64,000 nt of DNA from an uncultured bacterium (lineage in GTDB: Bacteria > Desulfobacterota > Binatia > HRBIN30 > CADEER01), in the NCBI GenBank assembly GCA_965651925.1, contig CBFGUK010000003.1, positions 6,801 to 70,800 of the forward strand. The letters are read 5' to 3'. Shown here piece after piece: positions 49,701-57,971 of the stretch. Under the pieces are notes generated by a model that searched no databases, was not told the origin of the DNA, and saw nothing but the letters and a program-made list of their open reading frames with translations. Each line of letters begins with the position of its first letter. Within the stretch, counting starts at the first letter, position 1. The translations under genes and the position numbers were made by a program.

Positions 49701-50409
49701 CACCGGACACAATGCCGACGGCAATATCGAGATCTTCGTGTACAAGCCGCGCAGCGGCGAGTGGCTGCAGCTCACCCACACGCTGCCGCCGGTCGAGAAT
49801 CGCCGTCCCGCGACGGTCGACGGCCGCCGCATCATCTTCGATTCGACCGCCAATCTGCACAACGACCAGAAGGTGCCGGGGGTCAGCAACGCCGACGGCA
49901 ACCGCGAGCTGTTCATGGCGCGCGTCAAGACCGGCGGGATCGAAATCCGGCAGATCACCGACACCCTCGCGCCGGCCGACACGCACGCCGGCAGCGTCGA
50001 TGCGAACAGTGCGCTGGTCGCCTTCTCGTCGACCGGTGATCTGACCGGGCAGAACGCCGACGGCAGTCGCGAGATCTTCACCTGGCACCGGCGTACGGGC
50101 CGGTTCGAGCAGCTCACGCACGCGACGGCGGGCGAGAGCACGAATCCCGTCGTCAACCTGAGTCAGCGTTTCGTCGTATTCGAATCCACCGCCGACCTGA
50201 CGTTCAGCGGTGCAACGAACCGCCGCATCTTCCAGTTCGACCGCGCGCGCGGCGAGCTGCTGCTGCTGTCGCGTTCGCGGTTCGGCACCAACCAGACACC
50301 GCGGATCCGCAAGCGGCGCTACGTGGTGTGGGAGTCGACGAGCAATCTCACCGGCAACAATCCGACCGGTGAGCGGGTGATCTACCTGTTCGACCGCAAG
50401 AAGGACTAG
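46771..50409 (+). CDS. Large secreted multidomain protein. Domains in order: vWA, DUF11 (conserved repeat domain), Thr/Pro linker, Myxococcus-type Cys-rich repeat, right-handed parallel beta-helix (PbH1), and a 7-blade PD40 (TolB-like) beta-propeller.
   Basis: Internal Met [34 protein letters not shown] (signal peptide) preceded by GGAGGAAGG. vWA MIDAS DRSGSM...VLGDG. DUF11-like [17 protein letters not shown]...[19 protein letters not shown]. TP-rich linker. [29 protein letters not shown]. NosD-like repeats ([43 protein letters not shown]). Seven repeats of the type [21 protein letters not shown]. 1212 aa. Confidence 0.8.
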   Translation: [1212 protein letters not shown]

Positions 50410-50508
50410 CGGCGCCGCGCGCGGCACCGGCAACGCCGAAGCGGCCGACGGATGCGCGCCCGCGCACCCGCCGGCCGGGAGCCTTGCGGCTGCAAGGCGG
50501 CGTGCAGG

Positions 50509-50760
50509 TCAGAACGTCTTGCTGACGTGCCCGATCAGCGGCGACGACGCCGCATCGAGGTCGATGGGAATCGCGGCCTGCGCGGCGAGGCCCTGCATCG
50601 CCTTGCGCGCCAGCCGGCTCGGCTCGATATGGCCGTTCTCCCACCGGTTCACGGTCGACACCGTCACGCCGATCGCGTGCGCGAACTCTTCCTGCGTCAT
50701 GCTCAGCCGCTGCCGCAGTTGCGAGATCATCGATCCGTGCTGCCGTTCGTTCATCATCAT
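50509..50760 (-). CDS. XRE-family HTH transcriptional regulator (83 aa).
   Basis: Start at the first of three consecutive ATG codons (MMMNERQHGSMISQLRQRLSMTQEEFAHAIGVTVSTVNRWENGHIEP...), preceded by GGAGGAGG (50761-50773, read on the minus strand). The upstream part of the track ORF is junk. Confidence 0.7.
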   Translation of the reverse strand: MMMNERQHGSMISQLRQRLSMTQEEFAHAIGVTVSTVNRWENGHIEPSRLARKAMQGLAAQAAIPIDLDAASSPLIGHVSKTF

Positions 50761-51018
50761 GGTTGCCTCCTCCGTTGCGCCTGGGGTTGCAGCTGCGTTG
50801 AGCACGGCACATGCCACGAGTGGTGACGACATTTCGTCGAACGCCCTCGCGGAACGCTGTGCGAAGTGATCGTCGAGGAATCGTCGCAGTGTCGCAGTCC
50901 CGACGGTCCCATTCGCACGGCACATGGCGGATGCGCACCGCCGGCGACGTGGCGCGGGGTGCGCAGGCGCAAGGAGCCGAATTGCCGGCGTTTTGCCGCG
51001 TGCTTCCGGACTGTGCAG

Positions 51019-51047
51019 TTGACCCTATTGCACCCGGCGGGCATAGA
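51019..51047 (+). promoter_or_regulatory. Weak sigma-70-like promoter candidate for the dockerin-like gene.
   Basis: TTGACC (51019-51024), 17-nt spacer, CATAGA. Poor -10 box, very tentative. Confidence 0.15.
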
Positions 51048-51081
51048 TCGGCGGGTTGTGAGCCGGCGGACGATCTGCGCG

Positions 51082-53574
51082 ATGGTGAGCGGACACGGGT
51101 GTGTGCTGCTCGCCGCATTGCTGTTCGCCCTTGCTCCCGTCCGGATGGCGCGCGCCGCGGTGCCGTCGCTGCCGGGCGATGCGGACTGCGACGGCGTGGT
51201 GACCGCCGCCGATTTGTCGCAGATCTGGGCCGAGCTCGCCGACGGTGACGGCTGGCTCGCCGCCGAGGCGGACGGCGGTTCGGTGGTCAGCTGCATCGGC
51301 GCAGACGCCAACCGCGATGGTGCGATCACCGCCGCCGATCTCGCCGGCGTCAGCCTGCGCCTCGGCGGCGGCGTCGCCGCCGCCGGGCCGTTCATCACCT
51401 ACATGGGCATTGCGTCCGCGGATGGCACCACGACGGCGCCGGCGGGCGACGTGCCCGTCCCGGTCTGGCAATCGGTCAGCGGGATCGGATTCCGTGTCGT
51501 CATCGAGGTCGCACCGGGCGACGGCGGTGTGCCGGTCGGACAGACGGTCGTCTCGCCGCGGGTCGACGAAGCGCCTGACCTCCAGGTGCAGGTCTCGCGC
51601 CCGCTCGGCGACGGCAGCCGCAACGTCTGCGGCGAGGGCGGTGTGCCCGGCATCGCGCCGCCGCACTTCGAGCCGCTCGACGCGATCAGCCCCGTGCTCA
51701 ACGATCTCGGCTGCCGCTTCGAGGTCGCATCGAATCCGTTCTCCGCGTGCACCACCGATGCCTTCGGCGCTCACCGCTTCGTCGATCCGCGCACCCGCGT
51801 CCAGTTCTGCCTGTTCGTGTCGACCGTCGAGGCGTTCCCGGACGGCCTGACGCTGGTCACCGCACGCGCGCGCGACACAGCGGGGGTGCCGAGCGCCCCC
51901 GCGCAGCTCCTCGTCCGCGTCGGCACCGAGCCGCTCGTCACCGTGACACCGCGGCCGACGGCCACTGCGACCGCGTCTCCCGACGCCACCGAATCGCCGA
52001 CCGCGACGATGACCGCGCCACCCACGGCACCGCCGCCGACCGCGACCGCCACGAGCGATGCGACCGCCACCCGCAGCGGCTCGCCGACGCCGACGCGCAC
52101 GCCGAGTGTCACGGCGGTGCCGACGCGCACCGGAACGCGCACGCGCACGCCGAGTCCGACGACGAGTCCCACCCGGACGCGCACGTACACACCCGGACCG
52201 AGCCCGACGGCCACCATCACGGGCATCGCGACGTCGACGTCGACGCGGACGGCGACCCGCACCGCGACCCGATCGCCAACGCGCACGCCGACGCGCACCG
52301 GATCGGCGACGCGCACCCTGACCCGTACGCCAGGGCCGAGCAGCACCGCGACCGGTACCGGGACGCCGACGCACACGATCACCCGGACGCGCACCCCGAG
52401 CGCGACCCGCACGCGCACGATCACCGGCACGCGACCGCCGACGGCGACGCCGACACGGACGCGCACGGCCACGAGTACGCGGACGGTGACGCCGACGAGC
52501 CGCTTCAGCCTGACGCCGACCCCGACCCGCACCGCAACGGGAACGGCGACGCGCACCGGGACGCGCACCGCGACGCCGACCGGTACGCTGGTCCGTACCC
52601 CGACACAGACGCCGTCGCGTACCGCCACGCGCACCATCACCCCGACGCGCACGCGCACCGGCACGCCGACCCGCACGATCACCGGCACACGGCCGGCGAC
52701 TGCCACCGTGACCCGGACCCGCACGCTGACGCGCACGCCGACGGCCAGTGTCACGCGGACGGTCACGGTGACCCGCCCGCCGGTGGCCACCGGCACCAGC
52801 ACCCGGACGAGGACGGTCACGCGCACGCGGACGCCCACCCCGACGCCGAGCGTAACGCGCACCGGCACCCAGACCCGCACCGCGACGCGAACCGGAACGG
52901 CCACGCTGTCGCCGACCATCACCCGTACGCCCTCGGTGACGCGCACGGCGACCCAGACCCGCACGCCGACGCCGACAGGGCGTCCCGGCGCGGACATCAG
53001 CTATGCCGGGCTGGCGCGGGCCAGCGACACCGTGATCGCGCCATCCGGCACGACGGCGCAGGGCTGGCCGATCTACGAGCGGCCGTTCGGATTCTCGTTC
53101 TCGCTCGTGATCGAAGCGAAGCCAGGTCCGAGCCGGCGTCCCGTCGGACTGAACGCATTCCGCAGCAGCCTGACGGATCCCGCGTTGCGTCCCGACCTCG
53201 AGATCATCGTCTCGCGGCCGCTCGGCAACGGCAGCCTCGACGTCTGCGACGACATGCTGCCGCTTCTCGGCGGAGTGCCCGCCTCGTCCGGATTCGAGCT
53301 CACCCAGCAGATTTCGAACGCCATCAACGATCTCGCCTGCCGGTTCGTCACCGGAGGCGGAGAGCCCGGCGGCCGTCGCAGCGCCGATGCGTGCACGGTC
53401 TTCGGTGACGGCGAGTACCGGTTCATCGATTCGACGAGCACGGTGCAGTTCTGCGCACTGATTGCCGAGCCCTTCGGGTTCCCACTCGGCGATACGGTCG
53501 TCACCGTCCGTGTCCGCGACTCGACGGGCATGCCGGGGCCGCCGGCGAGCTTCGTCGTGCGCGTGCTGCCCTGA
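51082..53574 (+). CDS. Secreted protein: signal peptide, dockerin-like Ca-binding pair, unnamed 4-Cys domain, ~330-aa (T/R/P/S/A)-rich linker, then a second copy of the same 4-Cys domain.
   Basis: Internal Met [25 protein letters not shown] of the track ORF 50866..53574. Dockerin loops [12 protein letters not shown] and [12 protein letters not shown]. Domain copy 1 (~175-345) and copy 2 (~655-830) align: ...VIE(V/A)xPG...(Q/I)VSRPLG(D/N)GSxxVC...(L/I)NDL(G/A)CRF...AC...FG..(H/Y)RF(V/I)D...VQFC...(V/T)V(T/T)xRxRD(T/S)xG(V/M)P...VRV. The linker is TRTxTPTxT-type low complexity. 830 aa. Confidence 0.7.
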   Translation: MVSGHGCVLLAALLFALAPVRMARAAVPSLPGDADCDGVVTAADLSQIWAELADGDGWLAAEADGGSVVSCIGADANRDGAITAADLAGVSLRLGGGVAAAGPFITYMGIASADGTTTAPAGDVPVPVWQSVSGIGFRVVIEVAPGDGGVPVGQTVVSPRVDEAPDLQVQVSRPLGDGSRNVCGEGGVPGIAPPHFEPLDAISPVLNDLGCRFEVASNPFSACTTDAFGAHRFVDPRTRVQFCLFVSTVEAFPDGLTLVTARARDTAGVPSAPAQLLVRVGTEPLVTVTPRPTATATASPDATESPTATMTAPPTAPPPTATATSDATATRSGSPTPTRTPSVTAVPTRTGTRTRTPSPTTSPTRTRTYTPGPSPTATITGIATSTSTRTATRTATRSPTRTPTRTGSATRTLTRTPGPSSTATGTGTPTHTITRTRTPSATRTRTITGTRPPTATPTRTRTATSTRTVTPTSRFSLTPTPTRTATGTATRTGTRTATPTGTLVRTPTQTPSRTATRTITPTRTRTGTPTRTITGTRPATATVTRTRTLTRTPTASVTRTVTVTRPPVATGTSTRTRTVTRTRTPTPTPSVTRTGTQTRTATRTGTATLSPTITRTPSVTRTATQTRTPTPTGRPGADISYAGLARASDTVIAPSGTTAQGWPIYERPFGFSFSLVIEAKPGPSRRPVGLNAFRSSLTDPALRPDLEIIVSRPLGNGSLDVCDDMLPLLGGVPASSGFELTQQISNAINDLACRFVTGGGEPGGRRSADACTVFGDGEYRFIDSTSTVQFCALIAEPFGFPLGDTVVTVRVRDSTGMPGPPASFVVRVLP
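51940..52980. repeat. About 1 kb cryptic nucleotide repeat (acgcgcacgccgac-type) encoding the Thr/Arg/Pro-rich linker.
   Basis: ACSCGBACSCCGACS-like units, imperfect and codon-periodic. Coding low-complexity, not a CRISPR array. Confidence 0.6.
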
Positions 53575-53629
53575 CGCCGTTGCCAGGCGCGGTGATCAAC
53601 CACTGAGGCGCGCGTGAAGACGCGTCAGG

Positions 53630-54943
53630 TCATCGCGATCGACGGCGCAGGGCGAGCAGCTTGAACGTTGCGTTGCGCTCGCGCAGGAACTCCCGCACCG
53701 AACGCTCGACATAGCGGCGCACCGGTTCGGTGCGGGCACCGTTCGCCGTCGCCCAGCCGATTGCCCCGCGCCGCCAACTGCGCTCGGCGCCGACGCCGGC
53801 GACCGCGAGCAGCCACGTCAGCGCCCGCTGCGTGAGCATCGCCTCACGGGCCGCCGCATCGAGCGCAACGCCCGACATCCCGGCGAGCAGGGCCTGCGGT
53901 CCGTAGCGCGTGACCGCCCATCCGGCTGCGCGTGCCGCGTCGGCGGCAAGCGTGAAGTCGACCATGAACGTGATGTCGTCGTGCCCCGGATCGTCGAACA
54001 CGCCGCGCCGGGAACGCGGCGGGCCGGCGAACACCTTGCGGTGCTCGGGCGCGCGCAGATGAAACGGGCGGGCCGCACCGTAGTCGATCCACAGCGCATC
54101 GGCCTGCGCGTAGCAGCGGGCGGTGTGCTCGATCAGCCTGGGCAGGCGCGGTGCGACGAACACCGGATGGCGCAGGCGCCGCGGCGGCAGCAGCTCCGGA
54201 TACCAGTGCCGCACGAACGTCTCGAGCGCCGGCAGCTCCGCGAGCGGTACGGTCACTTCCCGGAAGCGCAGCCCGCGGCGCGCCCGCGGATCGGCGAGGA
54301 GGTCGGCCAGCCGTTCGCCCGGCACCGGAGCGCCGCGATGGCGCACGGCGACGTGCACGACCGCGGGCCGACCGTCCGCCCCGCTGACGAGCTTGTGATG
54401 CGGCAGGCAGTCGAGCACTTCGTTGGCGATCAGCAGCCCGTGTACGCCGAACGGCGCCCGCGGCGGCTGCTGCGCCAGGTCGACGTCGCTCCAGGTCACG
54501 CGCGCCGCGAGCGGGCCGAGTTGCCGGCGCTGCCGCTCCGCCAGTGCCGGGCTGCGCTCGACGATCCGATAGCGCGCCAGCGTCGCGAAGCGCTTCCATG
54601 CCGCCGAGCGCCCGCCGCCGGTGTCGAGCGTGAGCAGCGTATCGAGACAGAGCTGTCCGTTGCCGGCGCCGAGCTCGGCGATTTCGAAGGTCGAGGGGGA
54701 TCCGAGACGCCGCCAGGTGCGGAACGCCTGACGGGCAATCATGCGACCGAAGAACGGCGACAACGCGAGCGGGTAGGTGTCGTAATGCCCGCCTTCGCCG
54801 AACCGCACGCCGCCGGTGCTGTAGTACCCCCAGCGCGGATCGAACAGCGCGGCGTCCACGAAGTCGCAGTAACTGAGCAGGTGCGTGCGGCCCGCCGGTG
54901 CGGCCGCGCGGCGCCGGGAGCCGCCCCGGGCGACGGTCGACAT
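53630..54943 (-). CDS. Class I SAM-dependent methyltransferase of the MidA/NDUFAF7 (DUF185) family.
   Basis: Internal Met MSTVARGG of the track ORF 53630..55213. LLSYCDFVDAALFDPRWGYYSTGG and FEIAELGAGNGQL (SAM motif I) and LLIANEVLDCLP. Confidence 0.75.
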   Translation of the reverse strand: MSTVARGGSRRRAAAPAGRTHLLSYCDFVDAALFDPRWGYYSTGGVRFGEGGHYDTYPLALSPFFGRMIARQAFRTWRRLGSPSTFEIAELGAGNGQLCLDTLLTLDTGGGRSAAWKRFATLARYRIVERSPALAERQRRQLGPLAARVTWSDVDLAQQPPRAPFGVHGLLIANEVLDCLPHHKLVSGADGRPAVVHVAVRHRGAPVPGERLADLLADPRARRGLRFREVTVPLAELPALETFVRHWYPELLPPRRLRHPVFVAPRLPRLIEHTARCYAQADALWIDYGAARPFHLRAPEHRKVFAGPPRSRRGVFDDPGHDDITFMVDFTLAADAARAAGWAVTRYGPQALLAGMSGVALDAAAREAMLTQRALTWLLAVAGVGAERSWRRGAIGWATANGARTEPVRRYVERSVREFLRERNATFKLLALRRRSR

Positions 54944-55182
54944 GCGCGGTGCGGCTAGCACATCGCGCCGCGGCGCGCGATGTGGCCGTACGCCAACCGC
55001 CGCGCGCGCCGGCGCGCACGAATCCGGTGAACAGCCACGTTGACTGTGACAGCTGCTTCCGGTATCGCTGCCCCGTCGGGCAGCGTCCGGCCGCCGCGCG
55101 AGATTGGGGTTGCGCGGCCGCGTGGCAGCAGCATGAGCCCCGCCCTCCGCGCTGGCCGATCCAAGTCGTCTGATTCGCGCGC

Positions 55183-55189
55183 AAGGAGG
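55183..55189 (+). promoter_or_regulatory. Shine-Dalgarno AAGGAGG for the first Zn-ribbon mini-gene.
   Basis: gcAAGGAGGcgcatATG, 5-nt spacing to the ATG at 55195. Confidence 0.6.
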
Positions 55190-55194
55190 CGCAT

Positions 55195-55371
55195 ATGGCC
55201 GAGAAGAAGGCAAAGACCGCTCAGAAGGGTCCCGGCGCGGTGATGGTGAAGCACACCTGCCCGAGCTGCGGGGCCGACAGCCGCGTGACCTATTTCACCG
55301 GCTACGGTGCGCAGAAGGGATTCTTCTGGGTGTGCGACAAGAACTGCGGGTACATGGCCCGCACGAAGTGA
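55195..55371 (+). CDS. Small Zn-ribbon protein (58 aa), not in the ORF track because it is under 60 aa.
   Basis: MAEKKAKTAQKGPGAVMVKHTCPSCGADSRVTYFTGYGAQKGFFWVCDKNCGYMARTK: CxxC...CxxxC. Strong SD. GC-rich third positions. Confidence 0.55.
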   Translation: MAEKKAKTAQKGPGAVMVKHTCPSCGADSRVTYFTGYGAQKGFFWVCDKNCGYMARTK

Positions 55372-55400
55372 ACGTACGGTCGAGGACGGGAGCAGGGAGC

Positions 55401-55757
55401 ATGGCCCGCACGACGAGCAAGAAGAGCAAGGGCTCGAGCAAGAAGAGCTACAGCGTGCTCGAGGCGAACGACACGGCGGAAGGCCAGGAAGACAGCGATC
55501 TTCCCAAGGACGAAGCCGGCCGGCGCAAGATCAAGCGTCAGTACGAGACGCTACTCGGCATCCGCATCGAGAAGCTGAAGGGACGCATCCTCAACCGCGA
55601 GCGGATCAACAAGACCATCGAGGGCGTCTACTTCATCTGCGCGGAATGCAAGAAGGTCTGCCACAATATGGACGACGGCCTGGTGGAAGACCCGAACAAC
55701 ACCTACAACCTCTGCGGCCCCTGCGCGAAGGCGAAGGGGAAGGGCAAGGCCGCCTGA
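55401..55757 (+). CDS. Small basic protein (118 aa) with a C-terminal Zn ribbon.
   Basis: Internal Met MARTTSKKSKGSSKK... of the track ORF 55332..55757. C-terminal YFICAECKKVCHN...YNLCGPCAKAKGKGK. Its start shares the 14-mer catggcccgcacga with the 3' end of the preceding mini-gene, in a different frame. Confidence 0.55.
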   Translation: MARTTSKKSKGSSKKSYSVLEANDTAEGQEDSDLPKDEAGRRKIKRQYETLLGIRIEKLKGRILNRERINKTIEGVYFICAECKKVCHNMDDGLVEDPNNTYNLCGPCAKAKGKGKAA

Positions 55758-55774
55758 AACCGTCCCGCGCCTGA

Positions 55775-56689
55775 TCAGGCCGGGACGCGGAAGTCGGGTG
55801 GCGCCGGGCTCTCGATCGAGAGCCATCGTCCGTCGGTGGGGTGGCGTATCGCAAGGCGCGCAGCATGCAGCAGCAGCCGCGCGGCCGGTTGCGTGCCGTA
55901 CAGCGGATCGCCCCACACCGGGTGGCCGGCGGCGGCGAGGTGGACGCGGATCTGGTGGCGCACGCCGGAGGGAATCGTCACCTCGAGCAGCGACGCGCGG
56001 CGCCCGACCTCGAGCGGGCGATAGCGCGTCAGCGCCGGACGCGCGTGCCAGTGGACGGCACGGTGCGGATCCGAGCAGACCACCATGCGTCGGGCGCTGC
56101 GCGGGTGGTGCGCGATCGGCTCGTGCCGCTCGCCCGCGGCGGTGACTCGCCCCTCCACCCAGGCGAGGTAGCGCTTGTCGACGCCCTGTTCGGCGAACTG
56201 CCGGCGCAGGTTCAGCCACGCCGCCCGATCGCGTGCGGCGAGCAGGACGCCCGAGGTGCCGGTATCGAGTCGATGGACGAGGCCGGCCTCGAGCGGCGTG
56301 CGTCCCGCGGCGGCCGTCTCCGGTGCCCGCGCGACGAGGAAGTTCGCCGCTGTGCCGCGGTCGGCCGCGTCGCGCGCGACCGCCGGACAGCCGGCCGGCT
56401 TGTCGACGGCGATCAGCGCCGCGTCGACGTACAGCACCGGCAGATCGAGCTCGGCCTCCGGCACGGCCAGCGGAGCGGTGAGCGCCGCTGGATCGATCTC
56501 CACCACGTCACCGGCGTGCAGGAGATCGCCCTTGCGGGCGCGACGTCCGTTGACCTGCACGGCGGCCGCAGCGATGATCGCCATCGCCCGGCGGCGCGAG
56601 GGCACGCCTGTCTGTTCGACGAGGAAACGATCGAGCCGGATGCCCTCGGACGCACAGACGAACTGCGGTGGTGGCGTACGGGTGGACAC
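55775..56689 (-). CDS. RluA-family 23S/tRNA pseudouridine synthase with an N-terminal S4 domain (RluD/RluC-like).
   Basis: GTG start at residue 387 (VSTRTPPPQFV...) of the 690-aa track ORF; the upstream part is antisense to the aminotransferase gene. S4 region IRLDRFLVEQTGVPSRRRAMAII. Catalytic HRLDTGTSGVLLAAR. The start is uncertain by a few codons. Confidence 0.75.
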   Translation of the reverse strand: MSTRTPPPQFVCASEGIRLDRFLVEQTGVPSRRRAMAIIAAAAVQVNGRRARKGDLLHAGDVVEIDPAALTAPLAVPEAELDLPVLYVDAALIAVDKPAGCPAVARDAADRGTAANFLVARAPETAAAGRTPLEAGLVHRLDTGTSGVLLAARDRAAWLNLRRQFAEQGVDKRYLAWVEGRVTAAGERHEPIAHHPRSARRMVVCSDPHRAVHWHARPALTRYRPLEVGRRASLLEVTIPSGVRHQIRVHLAAAGHPVWGDPLYGTQPAARLLLHAARLAIRHPTDGRWLSIESPAPPDFRVPA

Positions 56690-56716
56690 GACGCGGCATC
56701 CTAGGGAGCGAGCAGG

Positions 56717-57859
56717 GTGACGACAATCGACTGGCAGTACTGGCGCGCGGAGTTCCCGTCCGCCGCCGGGCAGGTGCACATGAACCACGCCGGGCTGGCG
56801 CCGCTCTCCCGCCGCGTGGCCGCGGAAATCCGCGCCTTCGCCGATGAGGCCGAGCAGTTCCTGCCGGGCAGCTACGCGGGCTGGACGGGGCGCGTGACCG
56901 CCGCTCGCGCGGCGATCGCGCGCCTGATCGGGGCGCAGGCGGACGAGATCGCGATCGTGCCGAACACGGCACACGGGCTGTCGCTGGTCGCCGCCGGATT
57001 GCCGTGGCAGGCGGGCGACAACGTCGTCGCGATCGACGGTGAGTATCCGTCGAACATCTATCCGTGGCTCGGCCTGCGGCGGCAGGGCGTCGAAACGCGC
57101 CTGGTGACACGACCGCGCGACGGCCGCTTCGGTGTCGATGAAGTCGCGGCGCTCGTCGATGCGCGGACACGCGTGGTCACGGTCAGCGCCGTCGACTGGC
57201 AGTCGGGGTTCCGCTGCGACCTCGCGGCGCTCGGCGAGTTCTGTGCGCGGCGCGATGTGCTGCTGGTGGTCGACGGCATCCAGGCCGTCGGCGCGCTGCA
57301 GATCGACGTGACGCGCAGCGGCATCGGCTGCCTCGCCGTCGGTGGTCACAAGTGGCTGCTCGCACCCGAGGGCTGCGGCTTCCTGTTCGTCGCCCGGCAC
57401 GTGCTCGATCGCCTGACGCCGGTGCTGCTCGGCTGGAACAGCGTCGCGGACCCCGACACCTATCTGCCGTACCACTTCGACCTGCGCCGCGAGGCGGAAA
57501 AGTTCGAGCCCGGGACGCAGATGCATCTCGGCGTCCGCGCCCTCGGCGCCGCCGTCGATCTGCTGCTCGCCGTCGGTCCCGCGGCGATCGAGGCGCGCGT
57601 GCTGGCGACGACCGACGCGCTCGCGGAGGGGCTGCGCGGGATCGGGGCGACGATCCTCAGCTCCCGACGTCCTGCCGATCGGTCGGGCATTCTCACGTTC
57701 GAGCTCGGCGATACGGCCGCGTTGCACGCAACGCTGGTTCGGCACGGCATCGCCTGCCGGCCCCGCCTCGGCGGTGTCCGGCTCGCGCCGCACTTCTACA
57801 ACGATGCCAGCGATGTCGCGCGCGTCATCGCGGCCGTTCGCGAGCACGCCTCACGTTGA
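56717..57859 (+). CDS. Aminotransferase class V-fold PLP-dependent enzyme (cysteine desulfurase/SufS-like or isopenicillin-N-epimerase-like).
   Basis: 380 aa. GTG start. PLP lysine in VGGHKWLLAPEG. Fold type I aspartate-aminotransferase superfamily. Confidence 0.8.
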   Translation: MTTIDWQYWRAEFPSAAGQVHMNHAGLAPLSRRVAAEIRAFADEAEQFLPGSYAGWTGRVTAARAAIARLIGAQADEIAIVPNTAHGLSLVAAGLPWQAGDNVVAIDGEYPSNIYPWLGLRRQGVETRLVTRPRDGRFGVDEVAALVDARTRVVTVSAVDWQSGFRCDLAALGEFCARRDVLLVVDGIQAVGALQIDVTRSGIGCLAVGGHKWLLAPEGCGFLFVARHVLDRLTPVLLGWNSVADPDTYLPYHFDLRREAEKFEPGTQMHLGVRALGAAVDLLLAVGPAAIEARVLATTDALAEGLRGIGATILSSRRPADRSGILTFELGDTAALHATLVRHGIACRPRLGGVRLAPHFYNDASDVARVIAAVREHASR

Positions 57860-57971
57860 GGCTCGCATCCGCGCGCGGCGGCGGAGCATCCATGCGCCGC
57901 GGCGTGCGTCAGGGCCGTGTTCGTGAGTTGAGTCGCTGCGGGTCGCGGCGCATGATGGGTCGCCGATTGCC

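Noticed and set aside
51940-52980. Possible CRISPR array or tandem-repeat locus in the acgcgcacgccgac-rich DNA, and the 24-nt repeats at 41611-41730.
   Set aside because: Both are in-frame inside convincing CDS, encoding the TRTxTPT linker and the GAAGPAPL units. They have no unique spacers and no cas genes, so they are protein-coding low-complexity repeats.
56690-57847. Upstream 386 aa of the 690-aa minus ORF 55775..57847.
   Set aside because: Antisense to the class V aminotransferase gene on the plus strand and compositionally junk. The RluA protein starts at the internal GTG (56689).
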